A DNA stretch of 64,000 bases from an uncultured Actinomycetes bacterium (GTDB taxonomy: Bacteria > Actinomycetota > Acidimicrobiia > Acidimicrobiales > Iamiaceae), in contig CAWELZ010000012.1 of NCBI GenBank assembly GCA_963810075.1, positions 411,368 through 475,367 of the forward strand, written 5' to 3'. The translations under genes were made by a program, and so were the position numbers. The notes beneath the pieces are model-generated. The model was not told where the DNA came from, made no database searches, and saw nothing but the letters and a program-made list of their open reading frames with translations. How positions within the stretch are numbered: the first letter of the stretch is position 1; the number at the start of each line of letters is the position of its first letter. Shown here in pieces: positions 51,112 to 61,464 of the stretch.

Positions 51112-52038
51112 CTAGCCGAGCGCCGCCCGCAGCGCGGCTCCGGCGCGGGCGCGGGCGAGCTGGCAGTCGGGAAGGAAGTCCATGCCGAAGAAGCCGTGGA
51201 TCTCGCCGTCGAAGCGCACCAGCTCGACGGGGATCCCGGCGGCTTCGAGGCGCGCGGCGTAGGCCTCGCCTTCGTCGCGCAGCGGGTCGAACTCGGCGGT
51301 GATGACCAGTGCCGGCGGCAGGCCGGAAAGGTCCGAGGCGCGCAACGGTGAGATGCGCGGGCTCGAACGCGTCGCGCCCCCGAGGTACTGCTGGGTGAAC
51401 CAGGTCATCGTGTCCCGGGTGAGGAAGTAGCCCTCGGCGTTCTCGGTGAGTGACGGGAACGAGGCGCCGAGGTCGGTGACCGGGTAGACGAGGAGCTGGA
51501 ACGCCGGCATCTGCCCACGCGTCGCCTTGATCAGTTGGGTCACCACCGCAGACAGGTTGCCCCCGGCGGAGTCACCGCCGACGGCGAGGCGGGTGGTGTC
51601 GAGTCGCAGCGAGGCTGCGTTGGTCACGACCCAGTCGTACGCGGCGACCGCGTCGTCGACCGCGGCGGGGAAGGGATGCTCGGGCGCCAGGCGATAGTCG
51701 ACCGACACGACCATCGCTCCCGAGGCGTTGGCCAGGGCGCGGGCTGTCGAGTCCGTCGTGTCGAGGTCACCGATGACGAAGCCGCCGCCGTGGAACCACA
51801 CCAGTCCGCCCAACACCCGGTCCGAGTCGGTGCCGATCGGCCGGTAGCACCGCACGGCCAGCTCACCGCCGGGCCCGGGCAGGGAACGGTCGGTCACCTC
51901 GGCCACCGCCTCGCCCTCGATCACCGCCAGGGCGGCGAAGCCCGCGCGCACCTGCTGTGGCGACTGATCACCGATCGACTCGGTCTGTGCGGCGGCGACG
52001 AGGTCGAGGATCGTCTGCACCTCGGGTTTGACGCCCAT
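51112..52038 (-). CDS. Alpha/beta hydrolase, hormone-sensitive-lipase-like esterase
   Basis: The ATG lies at 52038 (MGVKPEV). An HGGGF oxyanion motif and a GDSAGG nucleophile motif are present. The remainder of ORF 51112..53730 upstream of 52038 is antisense to ppdK and low complexity. Confidence 0.75.
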   Translation of the reverse strand: MGVKPEVQTILDLVAAAQTESIGDQSPQQVRAGFAALAVIEGEAVAEVTDRSLPGPGGELAVRCYRPIGTDSDRVLGGLVWFHGGGFVIGDLDTTDSTARALANASGAMVVSVDYRLAPEHPFPAAVDDAVAAYDWVVTNAASLRLDTTRLAVGGDSAGGNLSAVVTQLIKATRGQMPAFQLLVYPVTDLGASFPSLTENAEGYFLTRDTMTWFTQQYLGGATRSSPRISPLRASDLSGLPPALVITAEFDPLRDEGEAYAARLEAAGIPVELVRFDGEIHGFFGMDFLPDCQLARARAGAALRAALG

Positions 52039-52257
52039 TAGCTTGCTCCCGGTCGGGTTGGGGGCTCCACGGCCACGGTGGCTTGCGCCCTCGATCCTGG
52101 CACAGCCTGTCGCCCCACTACTGTGCACGGACGCGCGTCCCCTGCACCCGCCGTCGGTCCGGAAGATCCCGTGCTCCTTCGACCGCAGCGGACGTCGTCG
52201 GACCCGGTCCCCGATCCCGGTGCTCCGCTCTCTGCCCGGATCCCCGCCACCCCTGGA

Positions 52258-54889
52258 GTGATCGTGCCCTTCGTCTACGCCTTCGACCACAAGCACCGCC
52301 GTGCACCCATGCAGCTCAAGGACCTGCTGGGCGGCAAGGGCGCCAACCTCGCCGAGATGACCTCGGTGCTCGACCTGCCGGTGCCCCCCGGGTTCACGAT
52401 CTCCACCGACGCCTGTCGCGCCTACCTCGAAGAGGGCTGGCCCAAGTCGTTGGACGCGGAGATCGAACGGCACCTGGTCAAGCTCGAGAAGGTGATGGGC
52501 CGCAAGCTGGGTGACGCACACGACCCACAGCTCGTGAGCGTCCGCTCGGGCGCCGCGTCCTCGATGCCGGGGATGATGGACACCGTCCTCAACCTGGGGC
52601 TCAACGATGTTTCGGTCGAGGGCCTCGCCGAGGCGACCGGCCAGGAACGGTTCGCGTACGACTCGTACCGGCGCTTCATCGCCATGTACGGCCGCATCGT
52701 GCTGGGGATCGACGCGGCCGCGTTCGACGAGCCGCTCGAGAAGGTGCGGGAGCGGTCCGGCGTCAAGACCGACGCCGAGATCCCGGCGGCCGCGCTCCGC
52801 AAGCTGTGCGAGCGCTACAAGGCCCTCGTCGCGAAGCGTTCGGGCAAGCCGTTCCCCCAGGACCCACGCCGCCAGCTCCGGGGCGCGATCGAGGCGGTGT
52901 TCGCCTCGTGGAACACCCCGCGTGCCGTGGCGTACCGCACCCGGGAGAAGATCAGTCACGACCTGGGCACGGCGGTCAACGTGCAGGCGATGGTGTTCGG
53001 CAACCGCGACGACAACTCGGGAACCGGCGTGGGGTTCACCCGCAACGCCTCCGACGGTGAGAACCGTCCGTATGGCGATTTCCTCGTCAACGCCCAGGGC
53101 GAGGACGTGGTCGCGGGCATCCGCAACACGACCGACCTGGACGAGCTGGGGAGACTCTTCCCCAAGATCCACACCGAGCTGCTGGCGATCTTCGACCGCC
53201 TCGAGCGGCACTACCGCGACATGTGCGACACCGAGTTCACGATCGAGCAGGGCAAGCTCTGGATGCTCCAGACCCGGGTCGGCAAGCGCACGGGGCGCGC
53301 CGCGCTGAAGATGGCCGTGGACATGACCCGCGACTCGTGGATCAAGCTCACGCGCGACGAGGCGGTGGGGCGCATCACCGCAGAGCACCTGGACCAGGTC
53401 CTGCACCCCCAGTTCGGTGAGGCCAACCTCGACGTGCTCACCAAAGGCCTGGCCGCCTCGCCCGGCGCCGCCGTCGGCGAGGTGTACTTCGACGCCGACC
53501 ACGCGGTCAACGCCGCCGCGAACGGCCACAAGGTCATCCTGGTGCGCAACGAGACCTCGCCGGACGACGTGCACGGCATGCAGGTCTCCCAGGGCATCCT
53601 CACCGCGCGCGGCGGACTGGTCAGCCATGCCGCGGTGGTCGCCCGCGGCTGGGGCATCCCCGCGGTGGTGGGCGCCGAGTCGCTCAAGATCACCAAGGAC
53701 ACCGCGAAGGTCGGGAAGACCGAGATCCACGAAGGCGACGTCGTCTCGCTGAACGGCTCCACCGGCGAGGTCGTGCTCGGCGCGGTCGAGCTCGTCGCCG
53801 CGAAGCCGTCAGCCGAGTTCGACACGATCCTCAAGTGGGCCGACACGATCCGCAAGGGCAAGATGCGGGTGCGCGCCAACGCCGACAACGGTCCTGACGC
53901 CGCCACCGCCCGGGCGTTCGGCGCCGAGGGGATCGGCCTCTGCCGCACCGAGCACATGTTCCTCGCCGACGATCGCCTGCCGGTCGTGCGACGCATGATC
54001 CTCGCGGAGACCCCTGAGGAGGAGGCCGCTGCGCTCGCCGAGCTGCACGACGTCCAGAAGGCCGACTTCGGTGAGATCCTCGAGGCGATGGACGGCCTGC
54101 CGGTCACGGTCCGGCTGCTGGACCCGCCGCTGCACGAGTTCCTTCCCGACCTCGACGAGCTCAAGATCGCCGAGGCGACCAAGGGGCTCCGAGGCAAGGA
54201 CCGCAAGCTGCTCGCCGCGGCCAAGTCGTGGCACGAGTTCAACCCGATGCTGGGTGTGCGCGGGGTCCGGCTCGGAGTCCTCAAGCCGGGCCTCTACGAG
54301 ATGCAGGTGCGCGCCCTCGTCGAGGCCGCGGTCGAGCGCCAGGACGCCGGCGGCAAGCCGATCGTCGAGGTGATGATCCCGCTGACGGTGTCGCGCGCCG
54401 AGCTGCACCTGGCCCGCGGCTGGGTGAAGGACGCGATCGCGACCGCGACCAAGGGCCGCCGTCGCAAGCCGAAGATCCTGATCGGCACGATGATCGAGAC
54501 GCCTCGCGCGGCGCTGTGCGCGGCCGAGATCGCCGAGGAGGCCGACTTCTTCAGCTTCGGCACCAACGACCTCACGCAGATGACGTTCGGGTTCAGCCGC
54601 GACGACATCGAAGGCCGGCTCATGAAGCCGTACCTCGAGAAGGGCCTGCTCAAGCGCAACCCCTTCGAGACGGTCGACCCCGACGGGGTGGGGCAGCTGG
54701 TCCGCATGGGTGCACAGGGCGGTCGCAGCACCGACCCCGACCTCAAGCTCGGCGTCTGCGGTGAGCACGGCGGCGACCCCGAGTCGATCCAGGTCTTCTA
54801 CGACGTCGGGCCTCGACTACGTCTCGTGCTCGCCGTTCCGGATCCCGATCGCCCGACTCGCCGCCGCCCAGGCGGTCCTCCACGGGTGA
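52258..54889 (+). pseudogene. ppdK: Pyruvate, phosphate dikinase, with a one-base frameshift about 25 codons from the C-terminus
   Basis: The GTG start lies at 52258. The N-terminus VPFVYAFD...LLGGKGANLAEM is PPDK-like. The catalytic His region (GGLVSHAAVVARGWGIPAVVG) and PEP-utilising TIM barrel are intact up to ...IQVFYDVG. The conserved end (LDYVSCSPFRIPIARLAAAQAVLHG, stop at 54887) is in another frame. There is an extra c in gggcctcgac at about 54812. Confidence 0.7.
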
Positions 54890-54930
54890 CCGGCACACGG
54901 ACGACCTGCTGACGTGACGGGCGAGGGCTG

Positions 54931-56664
54931 ATGGGCATCAACTCCGAGGACGTCACTCGGGTTCGAGAAGCCACCGACCTCGTCGCGCTCATCAGCCAGC
55001 ACCTCGCCCTCAAGCGCGTCGGGCAGCTCGTGGATGGGGCTCTGCCCGTTCCACGGCGAGAAGAGCCCGAGCTTCTCGGTCAGCCCGGAGAAGGGCTTCT
55101 ACCACTGCTTCGGCTGCGGCAAGAGCGGCGATGCGATCTCGTTCCTCCAGGAGCACGACCACCTCGACTTCGTGGCCGCGGTCGAGCAGCTTGCCGCCAA
55201 GGCGAACATCACGTTGCGCTACGACGACCGGGCGCAGGGAGAGGGTCGACGGGAGCGCGCCAAGCTGGTCGAGGTCGTGGCGGAGGCCGTCGACTGGTAC
55301 CACCAGCGGCTCCTCACCGCGTCCGACGCCGGCCCGGCCCGGTCGTACCTGCGCAGCCGCGGCATCGACGGCGACACCGCCCGGCGCTACCAGATCGGCT
55401 GGGCGCCCGATGCGTGGGACGCGCTCGAGCCGGGCGCTGAGCAAGCACGGCAAGCTGCTCGAGGCGGCGGGACTGGCGTTCGTGAACCGCACCGGTCGCC
55501 GCCAGGACTTCTTCCGCGACCGGGTGCTCTTCCCGATCTTCGACGCCCAGGGCGACCCGGTCGTCGTTCGGCGGGCGGGTGCTGCCCGGGGGCGACGGGC
55601 CCAAGTACCGCAACACCTCGGAGACCGCGCTGTACCACAAGAGCCGAGTGCTCTACGGCCTGAACTGGGCGAAGTCCGAGATCGTCAACGTGGACGAGGT
55701 GATCATCTGCGAGGGCTACACCGACGTGATCGGCTTCGCCGCGGCGGAGGTGCCCCGGGCGGTCGCGACCTGCGGCACTGCACTCACCGAGGACCATGTC
55801 GTGCAGCTCCGCAAGTTCGCCCGCCGGGTCGTGCTGGCCTTCGACCCGGACAGCGCCGGCAAGGCCGCAGCCGACCGCGTCTACGCCTGGGAGCGCAGCC
55901 ACGACATCGACGTGGCGGTGGTCGAGCTGCCCGAAGGTGGCGATCCCGCCGACCTCGCACGGCGCGACCCGGAATTGCTGCGCCAGGCCGTGGCCGAGGC
56001 GCGACCGTTCCTCGGTTACCGCGTCGAGCGGGTCCTGGCGGGTGCGCAGCTCGATTCACCGGAGGGCCGTGCCCGAGCGGCCGAGGCCGCGTTGGCGGTC
56101 ATCGCCGAGCACCCCAGCGACCTGGTGCGAGATCCGTACGTGATGGAGGTCGCCGATCGGTGCCGCCTCGACGCGGAGCAGCTCCGCGAACGGCTGGCCC
56201 GCGGCGGTTTCGCGCCGGTCCGCGCGCGCACCGGGGCCGCCCACGGGGAGCCCGACCCGTCCGAGGCGCCGCCGGTCGACCGGACGGTCACGTCGGCGGC
56301 GGCCGTGGAGACCGAAGCGCTCCGGGCCGCGGTGCATCGACCCGAGGCCATGTTGGATCTGCTCGACGGCGTGCTCTTCGCCGACCCGCTGCACCGCGCT
56401 GCGTTCGAGGCGCTCCGCGACGCCGGGGGAGACGTGCACGTCGCCGCCGAGATCGTGGGGCCGGACGGCGCCGGGCTGCTCGCTCGGGTCGCCGTTGAAC
56501 CCAGCGAGGCCGACCCCGTCGATGTGGCAGCGCTGCTCGTCGATCGCGCGGGCACGCGGGCTCTGGCCGCGTTGGACCGGGACGCGGCGCACCGCGGCCG
56601 ATCCGCTCGCATTCGCGCCCTCGATGTCGTGGTTGAAGCTGCGTCTGGAGACCCTGCGAGCTGA
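54931..56664 (+). pseudogene. dnaG: DNA primase DnaG, with three frameshifts
   Basis: The protein is split over four ORFs: 54931 (MGINSEDVTRVREATDLVALI), 55034 (zinc ribbon CPFHGEKSPSF...CFGCG), 55131 (middle segment ...LFPIFDAQGDPVV) and 55579 (TOPRIM EGYTDV...FDPDSAG and the C-terminal domain). The junctions are at about 55030, 55440 and 55565. Confidence 0.7.
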
Positions 56665-56733
56665 TCCTGGTTCGAGTCTCACCGATGATGGGCAGTTGGT
56701 AGCCTGGCTCCGTCAACGGGACGCGGAGCAGGC

Positions 56734-57973
56734 ATGACTGACGTATCCATGCCGTCCCCCGGAGCAGGGGATCGGCGCCGACGAGTCGAGGGTCGGAACC
56801 ACAGCAGAGGCGGCACGATCCTTGGACGCGACCGCCCCGACCCCCGCCGTCGCACAGCCGGCCGAGTCCGTGATCGAGGAGTACGACGAGCCGGTGGCGG
56901 TCCGCCCGGACCTGCTCGAAGGCCCCGACGCCGTCGCCCACCCCGACGATCCCGACGAGGTCACCGCCCGCCGGGATCGGGCGCGCAGCAGGTCTGGCGC
57001 CGCGCGGAAGTCGAATCGAAGCGCTGGCGAGCCCACCTCTGCGGTCGACCCGGTCCGCGCCTACCTCAAGGAGATCGGCCGCGTCCCGTTGCTGAACGCT
57101 GCTGAAGAGGTGGCGATGGCCAAGCGCATCGAGGCGGGCACGCAGGCATCGGTTCGCCTCGCCGACCACGTGGCCGCCGGCACCTCCGACACCCTCGAGT
57201 TCGCCGAACGGCGGCGCCTGCAACGGCTCGCCCGCGACGGCGAACTGGCCAAGCAGGAGCTCATCCAGGCCAATCTGCGCCTCGTCGTGTCGGTCGCCAA
57301 GCGCTACAACGGGCGCGGCATGGCACTCCTCGACCTGGTGCAGGAGGGGAACTTCGGCCTGATGCGTGCGGTCGAGAAGTTCGACTACACCAAGGGCTTC
57401 AAGTTCTCGACCTATGCCACGTGGTGGATCCGTCAGTCGATCACACGAGCGATCGCCGACCAGGCTCGAACGATCCGCATCCCCGTGCACATGGTCGAGT
57501 CCATCAACCGCGTCACGCGCACCCAGCGCCAGATGCTGTCCGAGCTCGAGCGCGAGCCCACCTTCGAGGAGCTCGCCGAGCGGGTCGACATGACCCCGGA
57601 GCGGGTGCGGGAGATCCTGCGGATCTCCCAGGACCCGTTGTCGCTCGACTCGCCGGTTGGCGACGGCGACGAGGCCTACCTGTCGGACTTCATCGAGGAC
57701 GCCTCCGCCGACGCGCCAGAAGAAGAGGCGGCGCGACTCATGCTGAACGACGCGGTCAAGGAGGCGCTGGGCCAGCTCAACGACCGCGAGCAGCAGGTCG
57801 TGCGCATGCGCTTCGGGCTCGATACCGAAGGATCGCCGCTGACGCTCGAAGAGGTCGGCAAGGAGTTCGGGGTGACGCGCGAGCGCATCCGTCAGATCGA
57901 GTCGAAGACCCTGGCGAAGCTGCGCCATCCCCATCGCAGCCAGAAGTTGCGCGACTACCTCGACAACGACTGA
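56734..57973 (+). CDS. sigA: RNA polymerase sigma-70 factor, probably principal sigma (RpoD/SigA family)
   Basis: Regions 1.2 to 4 are intact in ORF 56822..57973 ([72 protein letters not shown]). The ATG at 56734 is in another frame and joins through a ccccc run at about 56756, so a frameshift is possible. The conservative 5' end is the TTG at 56822. Confidence 0.7.
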
Positions 57974-58000
57974 CCCCGCTCGCGTTCTCGCCCACTTCCT

Positions 58001-58061
58001 CGCCCGCTTTGGGTGCCGATCCGCAGGCCAGCGGCCTGCGAATCGGCACCCAAAGCGGGCG
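58001..58061 (+). terminator. Long hyphenated palindrome downstream of sigA, a probable intrinsic terminator
   Basis: Perfect 20-bp arms (cgcccgctttgggtgccgat and atcggcacccaaagcgggcg) flank a 21-nt spacer that is itself palindromic (cgcaggcc...ggcctgcg). Confidence 0.4.
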
Positions 58062-58088
58062 CTGCTAGCATCGCTCGTTCAGCATCCT

Positions 58089-58164
58089 TCCGGGGTAGCT
58101 CAGTTGGCAGAGCAAGCGGCTGTTAACCGCTAGGTCGAGAGTTCGAGCCTCTCCCCCGGAGCCA
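58089..58164 (+). tRNA. tRNA-Asn (anticodon GTT)
   Basis: A cloverleaf is present: acceptor TCCGGGG/CCCCGGA, D-arm GCTC..GAGC, anticodon loop CTGTTAA, T-loop TTCGAGC, and an encoded CCA. Confidence 0.85.
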
Positions 58165-58174
58165 CTGCGAACGC

Positions 58175-58207
58175 CGGGGACCCGCTCGGGTCCTCGTCGT
58201 CGTTTTG
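58175..58207 (+). terminator. Hairpin plus T-rich tract after tRNA-Asn
   Basis: A 9-bp stem (ccgggaccc/gggtcctcg) with loop gctc is followed by tcgtcgttttg. Confidence 0.35.
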
Positions 58208-58279
58208 GGGCGGTAGCTCAGTGGTCAGAGCAGGGGACTCATAATCCCTCGGTCGTGGGTTCGATCCCCACCCGCCCCA
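58207..58279 (+). tRNA. tRNA-Met (anticodon CAT, elongator type; tRNA-Ile2 not excluded)
   Basis: The acceptor is GGGGCGG/CCGCCCC, the anticodon loop is CTCATAA, and the T-loop is TTCGATC. The G1-C72 pair and A31-U39 argue against an initiator. CCA is not encoded. Confidence 0.8.
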
Positions 58280-58293
58280 CGACCGCTCACGCG

Positions 58294-58323
58294 GCGGGGC
58301 CGGGTCGCATGCGCGACCCGGCC
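58294..58323. terminator. 30-bp perfect palindrome between tRNA-Met and the convergent minus-strand gene, a candidate bidirectional terminator
   Basis: The sequence cggggccgggtcgcatgcgacccggccccg equals its reverse complement. Confidence 0.4.
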
Positions 58324-58349
58324 CCGAAGTGCAGTGTGTGGTGTGGCGG

Positions 58350-59184
58350 TCAGCCCGTGTAGGTGGGTTGCACCGTCACCGGGTTCGCGGCAGGCGCCGG
58401 ACTCGGGGCCACGGTGGTGGTGGGCGCCACGGTGGTGGTCGTGGTGGGGGTCGAGCAGGCGCTGGAGGGAAGCTCGGTGATGAACGCCCCGACCGCGCCG
58501 TCGCTGCCGCCGTAGGTGTAGATGAACTTCTGGGTGGTGGAGCTCACGTCGAACGGCGCCACAGACGTGACGGAGTTGGTTGTGGTGTGCTCGGTCACCG
58601 CCGCCCCGGTGTAGGTGCCGGTGAGGAGGTCAGCGCTGCCTTGGGCGGGATTGGCGACGTTGTCGATCAGGAGGGTGTCGGTGCCGCCGGGCGGCGTGGC
58701 CCGGAGGTCGACGTCACTGATGCTCTGGGAGTAGGTCGCCATGTTGCGCAGCGTCACGCGGCCGGTGCCGGGCTGCACGCAGCTCGTGTCGTCCGCGAAC
58801 ACCTGGACAAGGCCGTTCGAGTCGACGGGCCACCACAGCACCAGGGTCGCGGACGCCACCGCGGGGATCGTGATGTCCTGGGTGAAAGTCGGCTTGGCTG
58901 TGCAGTCGGCGTTGAGGCCGTCATGGACGCCGATGGTGTAGTCACCGGGGTCGAGCGCGGTCGGGCTGCTCATCTCGGTGGTGGACAGGCTGGCCAGCGG
59001 CGGGTTGACCCCGTCGAGGCAGAAGGTGTGTGGGGACGGGTGGCCTTCCGCGTAGCTGAAGGCGTCGACGACGCGCACCTGGGTCGGCGTCGCGGCGGCG
59101 GCGCCACCTGACAGCGCGACCGGCACCGAGGGCGGCGACCGCCAGCGCGGCCATGGCGAGGGTGGAACGGAACTTCATGGACAT
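58350..59184 (-). pseudogene. Secreted hypothetical protein (possibly DUF4397-like) with a Thr/Pro-rich C-terminal tail, with one frameshift
   Basis: The signal peptide (MSMKFRSTLAMAALAVAALGAG) is in ORF 58942..59184. The body is in ORF 58350..59126. The junction is at about 59105. The C-terminus ends STPTTTTTVAPTTTVAPSPAPAANP. Confidence 0.4.
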
Positions 59185-59321
59185 CTCCCGCGGCTATTGG
59201 GTCTGACCTAGGCAGTCAACAGCCTGGAATCGCTGGAAGCAAGGCGGGCACACCAGTTTTGAGGATGGTGCGAAGCTCCGTGCACATCTTCCGCTGAGCG
59301 GCGGCACGCTCCGTGGAAGCG

Positions 59322-59888
59322 TCAGTCGCCGCCCAGCCAGGCGGGGGCGCGCTCCAGCAGGAACCGGCTCACGTCGAGGCAGCGGTCGAGCACGTCGCAG
59401 AGCTGCTCCTGGCCCGTGAAGACCCGAGCCAGGGACACCTCGACGCTGGCGACCACGTTCACGGCGCGCTCCGGCGCGTCGGTGACCGAGGCGAAGCTGT
59501 CGATGGCGGAGACCTCGATGGGCAGGTCGGGGCCGCCGACTCCCGCGAGCTCGGTGGCCAGTACCAGCAGGTCAGGTGGGTGGAGCAGGGGAGGGAGCGC
59601 CCAGTTGAAGTGCAGGGGGAAGCCGAATGTGTCGGGTGGCTCGAGCACATCGTCCTCGAGCGACATGATGAGGTCCTCGAACGCGAACTGCACGCGCGGG
59701 TCGACGTCCAGGGCGAGGTGAAGGTCGAGCGGTCCGCCGCAGGCCTCCTCGGGGTGGAGGTCGACCTCCCATGACTGGCGCAGCGAGTAGGACTCGACGA
59801 AGTGGCGCTCGTCGTGGACGTGGAAGCCGTGGTCGACGGCGTGGTCCTTGAGGTCGGCGACGAAGCCGGCGATATCGATCACGGACAT
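59322..59888 (-). CDS. Acidic hypothetical protein
   Basis: The 188-aa ORF has non-repetitive composition and no recognised family. Confidence 0.35.
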   Translation of the reverse strand: MSVIDIAGFVADLKDHAVDHGFHVHDERHFVESYSLRQSWEVDLHPEEACGGPLDLHLALDVDPRVQFAFEDLIMSLEDDVLEPPDTFGFPLHFNWALPPLLHPPDLLVLATELAGVGGPDLPIEVSAIDSFASVTDAPERAVNVVASVEVSLARVFTGQEQLCDVLDRCLDVSRFLLERAPAWLGGD

Positions 59889-60043
59889 GGTGCCTCAAGC
59901 CTGCCACGCCCGGCGCCGCGGGGGAGAGCCGCGACGGAGTGGGCAGGCCGGAGGCCCCGGGTGTGGGCGGGTCGTAGGGTTGGCGCATCACCGCGCACCC
60001 CGACCCCGACCTGCTCACACTGCTGCACCAGGCTGCGGATGCG

Positions 60044-60769
60044 GTGCAGGGCGCGCTCGACTCGTGGGAGGCGTGGGGTCCGTCCGGCGCCAAGGTTGGC
60101 CAGTACGCGAGCGACCTGGCAGCCGACGACGCCGCGCACGGGGTGCTCGACGCTGCCGGGGTCGGTGTGCTCAGCGAGGAGTCCGGCCTGGTGCGTGCCG
60201 ACGCCGACGTGGTGGTCGTCGTCGACCCGCTCGACGGCTCCACGAACGCGTCGCGCGGGCTGTCGTGGTGGGCCACGAGCCTGTGCGCGGTCGACGAGGA
60301 CGGCCCGGCCGCTGCGGTGGTGGTGGACCTGACCTGCGGGACCCGCTTCGAGGCGGTCCGGGGTGGCGGAGCGCGCTGCGACCGCGTGCCGATCGTGCCG
60401 AGCGGAGAGGTCGAGCTTGGTCGGTCGATGGTGGGGTTGTCGGGGATGCCGCCGCGTCCGCTGGGTTGGCGACAGTTCCGGGCGCTGGGCGCGTCGGCGC
60501 TCGACCTGTGCGGGGTGGCCGACGGGCGGTTCGACGCCTGGGTCGACTGCAGCGTCGACGCGCACGGGGTGTGGGACTACCTCGGCGCGCTGCTGATCTG
60601 CCAGGAGGCGGGAGCGACGGTGGTCGACGCCCTGGGGCGCGACCTTGTGGTGCTCGACCACGCGGCGCGACGCACGCCGGTCGCCGCCGGGACGCCCGCC
60701 CTGCTCGAGGCGCTGCTCGCGGAACGCCGTGCGGCATTCTCCGGCGCAGCCGCCGACGCGCCCCAGTAG
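60044..60769 (+). CDS. Inositol monophosphatase-family protein (SuhB/ImpA-like; HisN-type not excluded)
   Basis: IMPase motifs are present (VVVVDPLDGSTNA, WDYLGALLICQEAGATVVD). The first canonical start is the GTG at 60044, but the protein-like helix DLLTLLHQAADAVQG continues in frame upstream to a stop at 59975, so the true N-terminus is unresolved. Confidence 0.55.
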   Translation: MQGALDSWEAWGPSGAKVGQYASDLAADDAAHGVLDAAGVGVLSEESGLVRADADVVVVVDPLDGSTNASRGLSWWATSLCAVDEDGPAAAVVVDLTCGTRFEAVRGGGARCDRVPIVPSGEVELGRSMVGLSGMPPRPLGWRQFRALGASALDLCGVADGRFDAWVDCSVDAHGVWDYLGALLICQEAGATVVDALGRDLVVLDHAARRTPVAAGTPALLEALLAERRAAFSGAAADAPQ

Positions 60770-60779
60770 GCTGACCGGT

Positions 60780-61283
60780 GTGCGAGCAACCCTCCACCGC
60801 GTCGTGCTTCGCGGCTTTCGCCGCTTGCCCCGCCGGGTCCGACGCCTGATCGTGCGGTTCGGGACGCCCAACTACACAGTGGGTGCGATCTGCCTGGTCG
60901 AGGACGACGACGGTCGGCTGCTGTTGGTGCGCCAGGCGTACCGCGGGGCTTGGGGCGCGCCGGGTGGGTTGCTCAAGCGGGGCGAGGGCGCGCTGACGGG
61001 CATGCGCCGCGAGGTGCGCGAAGAAGTTGGGATCGACGTGGAGGTCAAGGGAGAGCCGACTGTGGTGGTGGCTCCAGAACCGCAACGGGTTGACATCGTC
61101 TTCCGTGCCACACCCGTGGACGGTGCGGTGGAGCCACACCCACGGTCACCCGAGATCCTCGAGGCGGCCTGGTTCGCGCCCGACGCGCTGCCCGAGGTGC
61201 AGCACGAGCTCTCGGTCGCGTTGCAGACCGTGGGCATCACCGAGCGGTCGCACCTCGAGGTCGTCCGCCCCGAAGCCGTCTGA
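60780..61283 (+). CDS. NUDIX hydrolase
   Basis: The GTG at 60780 lies just after the IMPase stop. The Nudix box is GGLLKRGEGALTGMRREVREEVGIDV. Confidence 0.6.
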   Translation: MRATLHRVVLRGFRRLPRRVRRLIVRFGTPNYTVGAICLVEDDDGRLLLVRQAYRGAWGAPGGLLKRGEGALTGMRREVREEVGIDVEVKGEPTVVVAPEPQRVDIVFRATPVDGAVEPHPRSPEILEAAWFAPDALPEVQHELSVALQTVGITERSHLEVVRPEAV

Positions 61284-61387
61284 GCCGGGCGGGTCCGCGG
61301 CGGTTTGCGCCTCAGCCATCGGTTCGCGCCCCGGGCGCCTTCCGGCCGAGTGCCACTGCCTGCGGTGGCAGTAGGTTTGCGAGTTCC

Positions 61388-61464
61388 GGGCGCGTAGCTC
61401 AGTTGGCTAGAGCGCTGCCCTTACAAGGCAGATGTCGGGGGTTCGAGTCCCTCCGCGCCCACCA
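61388..61464 (+). tRNA. tRNA-Val (anticodon TAC)
   Basis: The acceptor is GGGCGCG/CGCGCCC, the anticodon loop is CTTACAA, the T-loop is TTCGAGT, and the CCA is encoded. Confidence 0.85.

Noticed and set aside
52038-53730. Upstream extension of the esterase ORF (872-aa frame) into the ppdK region
   Set aside because: The real esterase starts at the ATG at 52038 (MGVKPEV). Upstream the frame is antisense to ppdK and is RGD-rich.
54931-56664. Programmed ribosomal frameshifting as an explanation for split genes (dnaG and others)
   Set aside because: No slippery heptamers or downstream pseudoknots are evident at the junctions. There are about 20 events, and they sit at G/C runs in unrelated genes. 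The pattern fits sequencing indels.
58207-58279. tRNA-Met considered as the initiator tRNA
   Set aside because: It has a G1-C72 pair and only two consecutive G-C pairs at the base of the anticodon stem (A31-U39). Bacterial initiators have a C1xA72 mismatch and three G-C pairs.
59848-60774. 308-aa ORF in another frame overlapping the IMPase gene
   Set aside because: Its translation is Arg/Gly-rich (RRGGEPRRSGQAGGPGCGRV...). The overlapping frame has clear IMPase motifs.
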